A stretch of 64,000 bases of DNA, from positions 128,593 to 192,592 of the forward strand of contig JBAZXK010000002.1 in the NCBI GenBank assembly GCA_041659905.1. Reading direction: 5' to 3'. Of the stretch, positions 1-10,843 are shown piece after piece. The notes under the pieces are model-generated. The model saw only the letters and a list, made by a program, of their open reading frames with translations, ran no database searches and was not told the origin of the DNA. Source of the stretch: Patescibacteria group bacterium. GTDB lineage: Bacteria > Patescibacteriota > Kazan-3B-28 > UBA10110. How positions within the stretch are numbered: the first letter of the stretch is position 1; every line of letters starts with the position of its first letter. The position numbers were made by a program, and so were the translations under genes.

Positions 1-576
1 ACCGAATTTCAGCGGAAATTTGGTATTAGTAAGCCGTATGTTTTATATGTAGGGCAATGGCGGCAACACAAAAACGTGGTGCGGCTGATCCGAGCTTTCC
101 ATCTTTTACGGCGAAGATACAACCTAGATTACCAGTTGGTTTTAGTAGGTAAAATTGATCAAAAATGTCCGGAAGTTCTCGCCACCATTAAACAATTAGA
201 TCTTAAGTCAGAAGTAATTCTGACTGGGTATGTGCCTGACGCAGATCTTCCTTATATTTATAATGGAGCCGATCTATTTGTTTTCCCTTCTCTCTATGAA
301 GGATTCGGCTTACCTCCCCTGGAAGCGATGGCCTGCGGGACACCAGTAGTAGCTTCGCGGGCTTCTTGTATGCCAGAGGTACTGGGAGAGGCGGCGCATT
401 ATTTTGATCCGGACAGCGTGGAAGATATGGTCAGAGCCATGGCAGAAGTGGCGAAGAATTATTCATTGAAACAGCAACTCCGGGCAGCCGGGTTTAAACA
501 GGTTAAAAAATATTCGTTTGATCAAATGGCAGTCGAAACCCTAAAAGTTTATCGCCGGGTTTTGGATCGTTTATAA
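1..576 (+). CDS. Glycosyltransferase family 1 (GT-B), C-terminal part; gene starts upstream of window
   Basis: In-frame translation from nt 1 gives ...KPYVLYVGQWRQHKNVVRLIRAF... then the EGFGLPPLEAMACGTPVV motif typical of GT4/GT1 enzymes. The listed ORF 76..576 is only the part after an internal Met. Confidence 0.8.
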   Translation, partial: TEFQRKFGISKPYVLYVGQWRQHKNVVRLIRAFHLLRRRYNLDYQLVLVGKIDQKCPEVLATIKQLDLKSEVILTGYVPDADLPYIYNGADLFVFPSLYEGFGLPPLEAMACGTPVVASRASCMPEVLGEAAHYFDPDSVEDMVRAMAEVAKNYSLKQQLRAAGFKQVKKYSFDQMAVETLKVYRRVLDRL

Positions 577-664
577 TCAGGAAGGACTGCGGTCGTTCTC
601 CTATCAAGAATAAGGCTATATAATACAAGATAAGATTTATTAACGTTAATTATTTATCAAAACC

Positions 665-2665
665 ATGGAATTTGTTAATAGTGTGTTGTGGTTAGCTTCC
701 CTGAGTGCAGTCGTAGCAATTTTGTATGCCAGCGGTTTAGCGTGGTGGGTCTTGCGTTTGCCGGCAGGGAGCGAACGCATGCAAGAAATTGCTGCCGCCA
801 TTCAACAAGGAGCTCGGGCTTTTCTTTCGCGTCAGTATCGGACTATTGCCCTGGTGGCAGTTCTTTTAGCGATATTAATTTGGTTTGCCTTAGGTTATAA
901 GTTGGCTATCGGATTTTTGGTCGGAGCCATCTTTTCTGGTTTAGCCGGATTTATCGGTATGCACGTTTCCGTTCGGGCAAATGTGCGGACAGCGCAAGCA
1001 GCTCACCAGGGACTCGCCGCCGCTTTGAACGTAGCATTCAAGGGCGGCTCGGTTACCGGGCTGTTTGTGGTGGGGTTGGCTTTACTTGCCGTTACCGTTT
1101 TTTATGCTATTTTCCGGGATGTGCCTGCCTTGGTGGGTCTAGGATTTGGCGGCAGTCTTATTTCTATTTTTGCCCGGCTAGGAGGCGGGATTTATACTAA
1201 AGCCGCTGATGTGGGAGCCGATCTAGTTGGCAAGGTTGAAGCGAATATCCCAGAAGACGATCCCCGCAACCCAGCCGTGATCGCTGATAACGTGGGAGAT
1301 AATGTGGGAGATTGTGCCGGTATGGCAGCAGATTTATTTGAAACGTATGCAGTAACTGCTATAGCGGCGATGATCTTAGGCGAACTTCTGTATGGGGTTA
1401 ATTCGGAATTGTCCATCTATCCCTTACTACTGGGGGCGATTGCGATTATTGCTTCAATTATCGGCACTTTGTGCGTGCGATTAGGCAAGAGTAAAAATAT
1501 TATGGGAGCGCTTTATCTAGGACTAAGCGTCAGCGGAATATTGGCGGCGATAGGATTCTATCTCACCAGCCAAAGAGTGGTTAGTTCTGAACTGACCTCT
1601 GCCAGCTTATTCTGGACGACGGTTGTCGGCTTGGTTGTGACGGCTTTGATCGTAGTGATTACAGAATATTACACTTCTACCAATTTTTCACCAGTTAGGC
1701 ATATTGCCGCCGCTTCTGAAACCGGCCCAGGCACTAATATTATTGCCGGGCTGGCTGTGGGAATGAAATCTGTCGCCCTGCCTGTATTAGTAATCGTGGC
1801 GGCTATTTGGGCAGCGTATGCTTTGGCTGGGTTGTACGGTATTGCCTTAGCGGCAATGTCGATGCTGTCGATGACCGGGATTATTGTGGCTATTGATGCT
1901 TACGGTCCGATTACGGATAACGCCGGAGGCATCGCCGAAATGGCCGAATTACCCGAGTCAGTCCGACAAGTCACTGATCCGCTGGACGCAGTTGGTAATA
2001 CCACTAAAGCCATTACGAAGGGGTATGCTATCGGTTCAGCCGGGTTAGCAGCGGTAGTTTTGTTCGCAGCTTATGCGGAAGAATTGCAGCAAGTGGCGGT
2101 GCAGGCTTATCAATTTAAGTTGGGCGATCCGAAAGTTTTAGTGGGGTTGTTTATTGGCGGATTATTGCCGTATCTATTTGCAGCTATCTCTATGGAAGCC
2201 GTGGGTAAAGCCGCCGGTAGCGTAGTGCGAGAAGTCCGGCGCCAGTTCAAAGAAATTGCTGGGTTGATGGAGAGAAAAGCTAAACCAGATTATGCGAAAG
2301 CGGTTGATATTGTAACGCAAGCGGCTATTCAGGAGATGTTGTTGCCGGCATTGATCCCGGTGATCACCCCTATTTTAGTCGGTGTGTTATTAGGTCCGGT
2401 GGCTTTAGGCGGCATGTTGGTTGGCAGTATTGTCACGGGTATCTTTGTGGCCATTTCTATGACTACAGGTGGAGCTGCTTGGGATAATGCTAAAAAATAT
2501 ATTGAATCGGGGCATCTGGGAGGTAAAGGTTCCGAGAGCCACAAAGCGGCTGTCACCGGAGACACCGTCGGCGATCCTTACAAAGATACCGCCGGTCCTG
2601 CCATTAACCCCATGATTAAAATAGTTAATATTGTAGCGCTGCTAATTATTAGACTGATTATTTAA
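665..2665 (+). CDS. hppA: Membrane-bound proton/sodium-translocating pyrophosphatase
   Basis: 666 aa polytopic membrane protein with [19 protein letters not shown] and [21 protein letters not shown] motifs diagnostic of H+-PPases. Confidence 0.9.
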   Translation: MEFVNSVLWLASLSAVVAILYASGLAWWVLRLPAGSERMQEIAAAIQQGARAFLSRQYRTIALVAVLLAILIWFALGYKLAIGFLVGAIFSGLAGFIGMHVSVRANVRTAQAAHQGLAAALNVAFKGGSVTGLFVVGLALLAVTVFYAIFRDVPALVGLGFGGSLISIFARLGGGIYTKAADVGADLVGKVEANIPEDDPRNPAVIADNVGDNVGDCAGMAADLFETYAVTAIAAMILGELLYGVNSELSIYPLLLGAIAIIASIIGTLCVRLGKSKNIMGALYLGLSVSGILAAIGFYLTSQRVVSSELTSASLFWTTVVGLVVTALIVVITEYYTSTNFSPVRHIAAASETGPGTNIIAGLAVGMKSVALPVLVIVAAIWAAYALAGLYGIALAAMSMLSMTGIIVAIDAYGPITDNAGGIAEMAELPESVRQVTDPLDAVGNTTKAITKGYAIGSAGLAAVVLFAAYAEELQQVAVQAYQFKLGDPKVLVGLFIGGLLPYLFAAISMEAVGKAAGSVVREVRRQFKEIAGLMERKAKPDYAKAVDIVTQAAIQEMLLPALIPVITPILVGVLLGPVALGGMLVGSIVTGIFVAISMTTGGAAWDNAKKYIESGHLGGKGSESHKAAVTGDTVGDPYKDTAGPAINPMIKIVNIVALLIIRLII

Positions 2666-2685
2666 TACTTTAATCAAACACTGGG

Positions 2686-2907
2686 GTGCAAACAGAACGG
2701 TTAGTGGACCACCAAATTACAGTAGAAGTAGTGAGCCAGGATGGTCGACTAATTATTAGGTTGCCGGATGGGCAACAGTTACCGTGGCCAGTTTCTGATC
2801 CAGAGATGCGTCCGGGTACTTACTATCTCACCCTATCTCCTCTGCCCACATTACCAACCAAGACAGAACTAGCCAAATTGGTATTGCAAGAAATCCTTAA
2901 AGTATAA
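2686..2907 (+). CDS. Hypothetical small protein
   Basis: 73 aa ORF ending 2 nt before the downstream VanW-like gene; no recognisable motif. Confidence 0.35.
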   Translation: MQTERLVDHQITVEVVSQDGRLIIRLPDGQQLPWPVSDPEMRPGTYYLTLSPLPTLPTKTELAKLVLQEILKV

Positions 2908-2909
2908 AT

Positions 2910-4739
2910 ATGAAGCGATTGCATTCAACTAAACACACCACCGGCTGGCTGATTATTATTAGCTTAATTCTCTTGGCCACATTGTTTTATTGGGTGTGGG
3001 ACGTCGCTTATGCTGGTCGAGTTTTTCCAGGTGTTTTTGTGGGCGAGACACGGTTTGGCGGGCAAACGCTGGCAGTAGCTAATCAGACGGCTAAAAGTTT
3101 AGTGCAAAACGCGAGAAAACAAGAATTGGTTTTAGAAGCCATTGGATTTTCAGAAAGTTATCTCCCAGAAGAATTCGGAATAATTTGGGCTCCAGAAACC
3201 ATAGCGCAATCAACCATACAATTCGGCCGCAGCCGTTCAGTAGTAAACAATCTCTATCAGCGGCTGCGGGCGGCACTAGTCGGGGCTACCATCCCTGCCA
3301 TTTATCAAGAACAACTAGATAAAACTGATCAGATTATTACTAAGCTAAGACGAAAGATTGATCAGGCGGGAGTAGATAGTGAGGTGTTGATTGAGTCCGG
3401 CCAGGCCGTGACCAAACCAGCGGTAGTGGGAAAGCGTTTAGATGAAGTTGAGCTCGGAAGATTATTGCAGCAGCGCTGGCAGCGGTTAAACTTCTCAGCT
3501 CTGCCGCTTCCGATTAGCGAATCCTTGCCGGTGTTTGACGATGGATTGGCGAAAATGACGGCTGATAAAATTAACCAAAGCTTGGCTACCCCCTATACCT
3601 TGGTCCTAAAAGACCGGGAAATAATCTTATCCACAGATGATTTATGGAAATGGATCGAAGTGGTCAAGCAGAACAACTCGTTTCTAGTGCATTTGCGGCC
3701 GAACGATCTCGCTAAATATCTGCAAGACATGAAAACAAGTACCGATCAACCCGTTCAAGATGCTAGTTTAACTATTAAAGATAAAAAAGTTACTAAATTT
3801 CAACCGGATCAGCTAGGTATTAGCGTGCAAGTGGTAGCGACAGCTGCAATTATTCAAGCGAGTCTACTAACTGACCAACGCAAATTAGAGGTAGCAGCCA
3901 ACTATGTTAATCCAAAGGTGCGCTTGAGTGAATTAAACGATTTGGGTATCAACGAATTAGTGGCTCGCGGAGAATCTAATTTTGCCGGCAGTCCTAATAA
4001 CCGGCGGCATAACATTAAAACCGGAGCCGCCAAATTCGATAAAGTTTTAGTAGCCCCCGAAGAAAAATTTTCTTTTAATAAAACATTAGGAGAAGTTAGT
4101 GGCGCCACCGGCTATTTACCAGAGTTGGTGATCAAAGGTGACGCTACCACTCCCGAATTTGGCGGCGGCTTGTGCCAAGTTTCAACCACGGCTTTTAGGG
4201 CGGCATTGCAAGGAGGTTATCCGATTTTGGCACGGAAGAACCACAGCTACAGAGTATCTTATTACGAACCAGCCGGGACAGATGCCACAGTTTACCAACC
4301 TTATCCGGATATGCAATTTCTCAATGATAGCCAGGGTCACATTTTAATTCATACGCGCGTCGAAGGTGATAAGCTCTATTTTGATTTTTATGGCACCAAA
4401 ACCGGACAACGCGTTGAATTAGAAGGCCCGCGGATCTTTAATATTACGGAACCGCCCGCGCCAGTCTATATTGAAACCTCTACTTTGCCAGAGGGAAGCC
4501 AGAAAAAAATTGATACCGCGCATCGGGGGGCCGATACTGTGCTCTATCGGCACATCTATAATGAAAGTGGCAGAGAGATTCGCAAGGATACTTTCAAGAG
4601 CCATTATGTGCCGTGGCCGGCTAAATATTTAGTGGGCGCTAAAGCAGCCCCACCGGTAGAAACTAATTTAGGGAATGTGCCGCCAGAAACCACAGCTAAA
4701 GAAACTACTCCGGTGACTATTCCCCCTAACACCACCTAA
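2910..4739 (+). CDS. VanW-family protein with N-terminal transmembrane anchor
   Basis: N-terminal TM helix; C-terminal region with GGGLCQVSTTAFRAALQGGYPILARKNHSYRVSYY resembling the VanW domain. Confidence 0.7.
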   Translation: MKRLHSTKHTTGWLIIISLILLATLFYWVWDVAYAGRVFPGVFVGETRFGGQTLAVANQTAKSLVQNARKQELVLEAIGFSESYLPEEFGIIWAPETIAQSTIQFGRSRSVVNNLYQRLRAALVGATIPAIYQEQLDKTDQIITKLRRKIDQAGVDSEVLIESGQAVTKPAVVGKRLDEVELGRLLQQRWQRLNFSALPLPISESLPVFDDGLAKMTADKINQSLATPYTLVLKDREIILSTDDLWKWIEVVKQNNSFLVHLRPNDLAKYLQDMKTSTDQPVQDASLTIKDKKVTKFQPDQLGISVQVVATAAIIQASLLTDQRKLEVAANYVNPKVRLSELNDLGINELVARGESNFAGSPNNRRHNIKTGAAKFDKVLVAPEEKFSFNKTLGEVSGATGYLPELVIKGDATTPEFGGGLCQVSTTAFRAALQGGYPILARKNHSYRVSYYEPAGTDATVYQPYPDMQFLNDSQGHILIHTRVEGDKLYFDFYGTKTGQRVELEGPRIFNITEPPAPVYIETSTLPEGSQKKIDTAHRGADTVLYRHIYNESGREIRKDTFKSHYVPWPAKYLVGAKAAPPVETNLGNVPPETTAKETTPVTIPPNTT

Positions 4740-4740
4740 G

Positions 4741-5688
4741 ATGATCTATTGTTTATTTGGCAGTGATGAGTTTAGTGTGCGGGCCAGACTGCAAGCGCTA
4801 AGAGCGGAGGCAGAAAAAGCTACTCCCGGACTAGATTATTCATTTGTCGAAGCCAGTAAATGCAGTTTAGAAGAAATAGTTAATTTAATTGAAGCGCAAT
4901 CATTGATGGCAGCGCGAAAGTTTTTAGTGATCCAAAACTTGTTGGCGGACGGAGCGCCGGAAGTGCAGCAGTGGTTAACGCAGCGGCTAACTAAAATAGA
5001 CTCCGCAGACCCGACGGTCATAATTTTTATAGAAACCCAACCTCCAGCCAAAAAGAATCTTCTGGGCCAGCAGTTGGCGGCTTATCCGACAGAGCTCTAT
5101 GAACCGCTCAATTCCACTCAAACCAAACTTTGGCTGCAAAGCCAAACTAAGTTACGGGGATTGGCTCTCGATCCCCCGGTGGCTAACTATCTCCTAACTA
5201 ATTTTAGCGGCGATTTGCTTCGGCTAAGCAACGAACTGGATAAATTAGCTGCTTTTGCTGCGGGACAGAAAATTACCCTCATGATGACGCAAACATTGGC
5301 CGTTCCTTTGATTCATGATCATATTTTCCAAATGATTGATGCCCTGGCTCACAAAAAATTATCTTTAGCCAACCAGTTAATCAACACCCAGCTGGCTTTG
5401 GGCACAGCCGAACACGAACTCCTGGCCATGGTGGCTTATCAATTCCGCAATATTTTATTAGTACGGACATTAAGAGACCAAAAGCTGTCTCAGGCGCAAA
5501 TTGCTGCGCGGACAAAGCTACATCCGTTTGTGGTCCGCAAAAGCTGGGATTTTTCTGGAGATTTTTCCCTATCCCAACTGCAGAGGATCTTTTATTTACT
5601 GCAAAAGGTTGATGTAGCGATCAAGCAAAACCAAACTCCCCCACGGGTGGGGTTAGATATCCTGGCGGCGCAGATCGTTAGCTGTTAA
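4741..5688 (+). CDS. holA: DNA polymerase III delta subunit
   Basis: 315 aa; N-terminus MIYCLFGSDEFSVRARL and overall helical architecture typical of HolA. Confidence 0.7.
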   Translation: MIYCLFGSDEFSVRARLQALRAEAEKATPGLDYSFVEASKCSLEEIVNLIEAQSLMAARKFLVIQNLLADGAPEVQQWLTQRLTKIDSADPTVIIFIETQPPAKKNLLGQQLAAYPTELYEPLNSTQTKLWLQSQTKLRGLALDPPVANYLLTNFSGDLLRLSNELDKLAAFAAGQKITLMMTQTLAVPLIHDHIFQMIDALAHKKLSLANQLINTQLALGTAEHELLAMVAYQFRNILLVRTLRDQKLSQAQIAARTKLHPFVVRKSWDFSGDFSLSQLQRIFYLLQKVDVAIKQNQTPPRVGLDILAAQIVSC

Positions 5689-5927
5689 ACAGTCGTCTTA
5701 GCTTTTTTAGCCAGGCGTGATTTCAGGCGGGCAGCCTTGTTGGCGTGGATTAATTTGGCGCGCACAGCTTTATCCAGAGCTTTCTGGGCAGCCTTGAGGG
5801 AGGCAGTATTGGTATCCTGCCGGGCTGTTTTGACAGCCTTTTTGAAGGCCAGCTTGTAAACCAAATTATGAGCTCGTTTCCTGAGGTCAGACCGCATCTT
5901 CTTTTTGGCTGAATGAGTGATTGGCAT
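5685..5927 (-). CDS. rpsT: 30S ribosomal protein S20
   Basis: 80 aa basic protein; MPITHSAKKKMRSDLRKRAHNL... matches the bS20 N-terminus. Confidence 0.85.
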   Translation of the reverse strand: MPITHSAKKKMRSDLRKRAHNLVYKLAFKKAVKTARQDTNTASLKAAQKALDKAVRAKLIHANKAARLKSRLAKKAKTTV

Positions 5928-5997
5928 AATGATTTATTTTTACCTTGCCATTCTAGGGCAAAACTTCGCTGTAGTAAATACTTTTTCCTTTTCTGGT

Positions 5998-6026
5998 TTG
6001 ACAGGGGTGGGGTTATTTACTATGAT
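5998..6026 (+). promoter_or_regulatory. Sigma70-like promoter (TTGACA-17-TATGAT) upstream of the DHH phosphoesterase gene
   Basis: ttgaca at 5998-6003, 17 nt spacer, tatgat at 6021-6026. Confidence 0.45.
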
Positions 6027-6063
6027 AGCTTCTTATTATTCAGACTCCAAATAAATTTTTATT

Positions 6064-7350
6064 ATGGAACTTACCCCCAAACAACAAGCTCTCGAGCTAA
6101 TCAATAAATCCAAGAATATCCTACTAGCTACACACGACAAGCCAGATGGCGATGCCGTTGGGAGTACCTTGGCACTCTATTTGGTGTTAAATAAATTGGG
6201 TAAAAAGGCTACTGCCGTGGTCGTGGAGCCAGTCTCGGGGCGGTATCAGTTCTTGCCGAAGGTGGATGAGTTTACTCCCCATTTGGTCGCGCCGCGGGAT
6301 TTTGTGATTAGTTTAGATTGTGCCAATGCGCAAGCTGATAAGTTGGCGTACAATTTTCAAGACGGCAAACTGAATATTGTCATTACCCCTAAAGACGGCA
6401 ATTTTAATCCGCAAGATGTGAGTTTTGCCGAAGGCAATTTCCAGTTCGATTTAATTATCGTGTTGGATGCAGCCGATTGGGATCAGGTCGGACCGCTCTA
6501 TGCCAATAATGTAAAATTATTCCAAGGCGTCCCCGTGGTGAATATCGATCACCATTCCAGTAATGATTATTACGGAACCATCAATCTAGTTGATCTGACT
6601 GCTACCGCTACCGCCGAAGTCCTTGTCGGTTTAATTGAAGCTCTGGGGCCTTCGTTGGTGGACGAAGACGTGGCGACAGCCCTGCTTACCGGCATCATCA
6701 GCGATACCGGCAGTTTTCAGCATAGTAATACCACGCCGAAGTCTTTAACGATCGCGGCGCAAATGGTGGGCTTGGGGGCACGGCAGCAAGAGATTATCAA
6801 ATACCTCTTCAAGACCAAATCCCTCACTACGTTGAAATTATGGGGCAAAATCCTGTCCAACATCCGCTTAGACGAAGAGCATAAATTTAGTTGGAGCACA
6901 GTGCCTTTGACTTACTTTGACGAGACTGGAGCAGCTAAAGAAGAAACCACTGGAGTGATTGACGAATTAATGACTTCCGTGCCGGGAGCGGATGTGGTGG
7001 TTTTGCTGACCGAAAAGGAACCGCGAATAATTTCTGGCAGTATCCGAACCAAAAAAGGAGTGAATTCAGCTGAAATCGCTGCTCTCTTTGGCGGAGGAGG
7101 CCATCCGGGAGCCGCTGGTTTTAAGCTTTCCGATATCGAATTGGCCGCTGCTGAGGAAATCGTGACAGGTAAGAATCGGGAATACCAAGCCAGGAAGCCT
7201 AAATTGACCCCTGAGGAAGAAGATGCCATACTAGAACAACCTTCTCCTTCAGAAGTAGTGGAAGCCACAATTTCCCCAGAGGCAGTGCCAGAAGCGAATT
7301 TACCTCAGGAAATGGCTGTGGGAGCGGAAAATCTTGATCAAACAGAATAA
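6064..7350 (+). CDS. nrnA: DHH/DHHA1 phosphoesterase (NrnA-like nanoRNase/pAp phosphatase) with acidic C-terminal extension
   Basis: DHH motif (NIDHHSSNDYYG), DHHA1 GGGGHPGAAGF motif; C-terminal ~70 aa E/P-rich tail. Confidence 0.8.
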   Translation: MELTPKQQALELINKSKNILLATHDKPDGDAVGSTLALYLVLNKLGKKATAVVVEPVSGRYQFLPKVDEFTPHLVAPRDFVISLDCANAQADKLAYNFQDGKLNIVITPKDGNFNPQDVSFAEGNFQFDLIIVLDAADWDQVGPLYANNVKLFQGVPVVNIDHHSSNDYYGTINLVDLTATATAEVLVGLIEALGPSLVDEDVATALLTGIISDTGSFQHSNTTPKSLTIAAQMVGLGARQQEIIKYLFKTKSLTTLKLWGKILSNIRLDEEHKFSWSTVPLTYFDETGAAKEETTGVIDELMTSVPGADVVVLLTEKEPRIISGSIRTKKGVNSAEIAALFGGGGHPGAAGFKLSDIELAAAEEIVTGKNREYQARKPKLTPEEEDAILEQPSPSEVVEATISPEAVPEANLPQEMAVGAENLDQTE

Positions 7351-7371
7351 ATATGGTATAATAGAATAAGT

Positions 7372-7641
7372 ATGACATTACGTCCTGACAAAAAAAAGAA
7401 GATCATTGGCGCTTTCCAGGCGCACAAGAAAGACACCGGCTCCTCGGAGGTCCAAATCGCGCTGCTCACCGAAAAGGTGAAAGAGCTGACCAAACATCTG
7501 AAAGCCCATGCCAAAGATTTCCATTCTCGCCAAGGGCTATTTAAGATTGTCGGGAACCGCCGGAGACTGTTAAATTATTTAAAGAAATCTCATCCGAGAA
7601 AATATTCCGCGTTAATTAAAGAATTAAAAATTAGGAAGTAA
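7372..7641 (+). CDS. rpsO: 30S ribosomal protein S15
   Basis: 89 aa; ...GSSEVQIALLTEKVKELTKHLKAHAKDFHSRQGL... typical uS15; the classic rpsO-pnp pair. Confidence 0.9.
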   Translation: MTLRPDKKKKIIGAFQAHKKDTGSSEVQIALLTEKVKELTKHLKAHAKDFHSRQGLFKIVGNRRRLLNYLKKSHPRKYSALIKELKIRK

Positions 7642-7751
7642 GGAGTTTTAGGATTGTCATAGAGCCTAGAGTTAAGTAAATTCCCAAAAATTTGTTTGAC
7701 TCTAAGCTTTATCTACTGCAATCCCCCGCTCTGCTCTTCTGGAAAGGACAA

Positions 7752-9857
7752 ATGGAAAAATTTGAGACTAAAGTTGGCGATGCCACTTTAACTATCGAGA
7801 CCGGGAAACTGGCATTGCTCGCTTCCGGTTCAGTCACTGTGCGCCTAGGCGATACCGTGCTTTTGGCATCAGCAGTCATCGCCAACAAACCCAAAGAGGG
7901 CGTCAGTTTCTTCCCTCTGCTGATCGATTTCGAAGAGAAAATGTATGCTTCGGGTAAAATTTCCGGAAGCAGATTTATTAAAAGAGAAGGCCGCGCTTCC
8001 GATAACGCTATTTTGACAGCGCGCTTAACCGATCGGCCGCTCCGTCCCCTCTTCGCTAAAGGCTTCTATAACGATGTCCAAGTAGTAATTACTGTTTTAT
8101 CTGCCGACTTAGTGCATGATCCGGATACCTTGTCTATTATTGGCGCTTCGGCAGCCTTAATGCTCACGGATGCGCCTTTTGCGGGTCCGGTCGGAGCCGT
8201 GCGCGTGGGGTTGATTAACGGCGAATTGGTCGTTAATCCTTCCTATGAGCAATTAGAAAAAGATAGCCAGTTAGACTTGGTTATTGCCGGAACGCGCGAC
8301 AAAATATTGATGATTGAAGCTGGAGCTAAAGAGGTAGACGAAGCGACTTTCGCGAAAGCTTTGCAGTTTGCTCATCAGGCTTTGCAACCAACTCTGGATA
8401 TTCAAGAGCAGCTAATGAAATTGCGAGACAAGTCAGCTAGTAAAGAATATAGCCTAATGCGGCCTACTCCGGAGTTAATGTCTGAAATGCGTGAATTTGT
8501 TGGCAGCCAAGCGAGTGAGGCTATTTATCAGGCAGACAAAATTCAGCGTGACGCATCCCTGCATGTATTAAGAGAAAAAGTTTGGCAAAAATTTGCCACA
8601 GAGGAACTCACAGAGTTAATCATGGCGGATGCGTTCGACCATCTTTTAGAAGAAGAGCTGCGGGCCAATATCTTGAAATCAGATAAACGGCCAGACGGAC
8701 GCAAATTAACCGAAATCCGTCCTCTCTCTTGTGAGGTTAGCGTATTGCCGCGCACACATGGGTCAGCTCTGTTTAATCGTGGTGAAACCCAAGCTCTGAC
8801 GTCCACCACCCTAGGCTCGGTAGCTGATGAACAAATGATTGATACGATGGATGCCAGTACAACCAAAAGGTACCTCCATCACTATAATTTTCCTCCCTAT
8901 GCTGTGGGTGAAGTTAGACCGATGCGGGGTCCGGGTCGGAGAGAAATCGGTCATGGCGCCTTAGCAGAAAAAGCTCTCCTCCCGATGATTCCTTCTAAAG
9001 AAGAATTTCCTTATACTATTCGGGTAGTTTCGGAAATATTAGGCAGTAATGGCAGTAGCTCGATGGCGGCCACTTGCGGCAGTACGCTAAGTTTGATGGA
9101 CGCCGGCGTTCCGATTAAAAAGCCGGTCGCCGGGATTGCCATGGGAGTAATTACGGACGATAAGGGTAAATTCAAAATTCTCACCGACATTGCCGGGATC
9201 GAAGATTTTAACGGCGACATGGACTTTAAGGTGGCCGGAACCCGTGACGGCATTACCGCCGTGCAATTAGATATGAAAGTGGCCGGTTTAGGTCTAGATA
9301 TTCTGGAGAAAGCGCTGGAACAAGCTTATCCTGCCCGGCAAGAGATTCTGGCAGTGATTAGTAAATGTCTGACCGGTCCGAGAAAAGAATTGTCTATCTA
9401 TGCTCCTCGTGTCGAGACAATTAAAATTAATCAAGACAAGATCCGCGACGTCATTGGCTCGGGCGGAAAGATTATTAATGGAATTATTGATCGTGCGGGT
9501 GGAAAAAATATCACCGAAATCAACATCGAAGACGATGGCACTATTTATGTTTCTTCTACTGATGCTAAATTAGCTGCCCAGGCGATCAAAGAAATCGAAA
9601 ATCTAACTCGGGAAGCCGAAGTCGGGGCACTCTACGAAGGAAAAGTTACCCGGATTATGGATTTCGGAGCTTTTGTAGAAATTTTCCCCGGTACAGAAGG
9701 ATTGGTCCATATTTCTCAACTAGCACCGGAACGAGTTAATAAAGTAACTGATATAGTAAAAGAAGGAGATATTATTCCCGTCATCGTTACGGAAATAGAT
9801 TCTCAAGGGCGAGTTAATTTGTCGCGGAAAGCGGCATTAAAACGCCAAGGAAAATAG
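7752..9857 (+). CDS. pnp: Polyribonucleotide nucleotidyltransferase (PNPase)
   Basis: Two RNase PH domains, KH and C-terminal S1 domain; the likely true start is MEKFETKV at 7752 rather than the upstream listed start 7692. Confidence 0.9.
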   Translation: MEKFETKVGDATLTIETGKLALLASGSVTVRLGDTVLLASAVIANKPKEGVSFFPLLIDFEEKMYASGKISGSRFIKREGRASDNAILTARLTDRPLRPLFAKGFYNDVQVVITVLSADLVHDPDTLSIIGASAALMLTDAPFAGPVGAVRVGLINGELVVNPSYEQLEKDSQLDLVIAGTRDKILMIEAGAKEVDEATFAKALQFAHQALQPTLDIQEQLMKLRDKSASKEYSLMRPTPELMSEMREFVGSQASEAIYQADKIQRDASLHVLREKVWQKFATEELTELIMADAFDHLLEEELRANILKSDKRPDGRKLTEIRPLSCEVSVLPRTHGSALFNRGETQALTSTTLGSVADEQMIDTMDASTTKRYLHHYNFPPYAVGEVRPMRGPGRREIGHGALAEKALLPMIPSKEEFPYTIRVVSEILGSNGSSSMAATCGSTLSLMDAGVPIKKPVAGIAMGVITDDKGKFKILTDIAGIEDFNGDMDFKVAGTRDGITAVQLDMKVAGLGLDILEKALEQAYPARQEILAVISKCLTGPRKELSIYAPRVETIKINQDKIRDVIGSGGKIINGIIDRAGGKNITEINIEDDGTIYVSSTDAKLAAQAIKEIENLTREAEVGALYEGKVTRIMDFGAFVEIFPGTEGLVHISQLAPERVNKVTDIVKEGDIIPVIVTEIDSQGRVNLSRKAALKRQGK

Positions 9858-9875
9858 TACTCTTTTAAATTCGTT

Positions 9876-10202
9876 ATGAAGTGCAGTGAATGTTCTCGTC
9901 GCAATCATGATGACAATCGCTTTTGTATCTTTTGCGGCACTGCTCTCGAGTCTAAACTCGCTACGCGAGAGACTCCCCAATCCATCAGTCGTCAAAAGGT
10001 GTTATTGCCACCCCAGGATATTGATGAGCTGATCAGTTATCGAGATACCTTGAGACGTCCGGCCGTTTCGATTTACCCGGCCGTAGTGGCAAGTTTGGCG
10101 ATTATTATAGTGGCAGCCGGAGCCTATTACTGGTTCTGGTACCGAGATGTTTTTGAAGTTATGGCAATTGATTATCAGTCTACTGAACTAATGGATGAGT
10201 GA
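9876..10202 (+). CDS. Zinc-ribbon domain protein with C-terminal transmembrane helix
   Basis: CSECSRRNHDDNRFCIFCGTAL double CxxC ribbon, then a hydrophobic helix. Confidence 0.5.
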   Translation: MKCSECSRRNHDDNRFCIFCGTALESKLATRETPQSISRQKVLLPPQDIDELISYRDTLRRPAVSIYPAVVASLAIIIVAAGAYYWFWYRDVFEVMAIDYQSTELMDE

Positions 10203-10833
10203 TAAATTAGCAGCTCTGCAAAAAATTATTTCTGACGTGAAATCCCACCAGTGTTCTTTACGGGCGGGTTGCCTGCAAGCTGTTCCGGGTGAGGGCAATC
10301 CCGACAGTCCTATCGTATTTATTGGCGAAGGACCCGGGAGAGTAGAAGACCAGGAGGGGCGCCCTTTTGTCGGTCCAGCTGGGCACGTTTTAGTCAAACT
10401 CCTAGCTAGTATCGGATTGAAACGAGAGGATGTTTACATTACTAATGTAGTAAAATGCCGCCCGCCGGGTAATCGCGATCCTCTCCCCGCCGAAGTAGAC
10501 GAACATCATATATTTTTGCAACAGGAATTGGATTTAATCCAACCTAAGTTAATTGTGCTATTGGGTCGGCATGCCCTGCATTGGTTTTTGCCGAATGAAC
10601 AGATTTCAAAAGCGCGAGGTAAAGCTAAACGACAGGGGCAATACGTTTATTTTCCGATTTATCATCCCGCTGCCACCTTGCATAATCCCAATCTCGCGCA
10701 GGATTTACAAAATGATTTCTTGAAAATCCCGGTTGTTCTCCAAAAAATAGCCGAATTGCCGGCTCCCGCCGCGGCCTCACCAACTGCCATCAATCCATCC
10801 CCTCAACCGCCTGCTCAACTCGCCATATTTTAA
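10195..10833 (+). CDS. udg: Uracil-DNA glycosylase, family 4
   Basis: IVFIGEGPGRVEDQEGRPFVGPAGHVL motif (the GEGPG family-4 UDG signature). Confidence 0.85.
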   Translation: MSDKLAALQKIISDVKSHQCSLRAGCLQAVPGEGNPDSPIVFIGEGPGRVEDQEGRPFVGPAGHVLVKLLASIGLKREDVYITNVVKCRPPGNRDPLPAEVDEHHIFLQQELDLIQPKLIVLLGRHALHWFLPNEQISKARGKAKRQGQYVYFPIYHPAATLHNPNLAQDLQNDFLKIPVVLQKIAELPAPAAASPTAINPSPQPPAQLAIF

Positions 10834-10843
10834 TTAATCAATT

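Noticed and set aside
688-900. 70 aa ORF inside hppA in another frame
   Set aside because: It is fully contained within the strongly supported H+-PPase gene; the alternative frame has a Cys/Arg-rich junk translation.
7692-7751. Extended N-terminus of pnp (MFDSKLYLLQSPALLFWKGQ)
   Set aside because: The upstream in-frame Met gives a non-homologous 20 aa extension. The conserved PNPase start MEKFETKV at 7752 is preferred.
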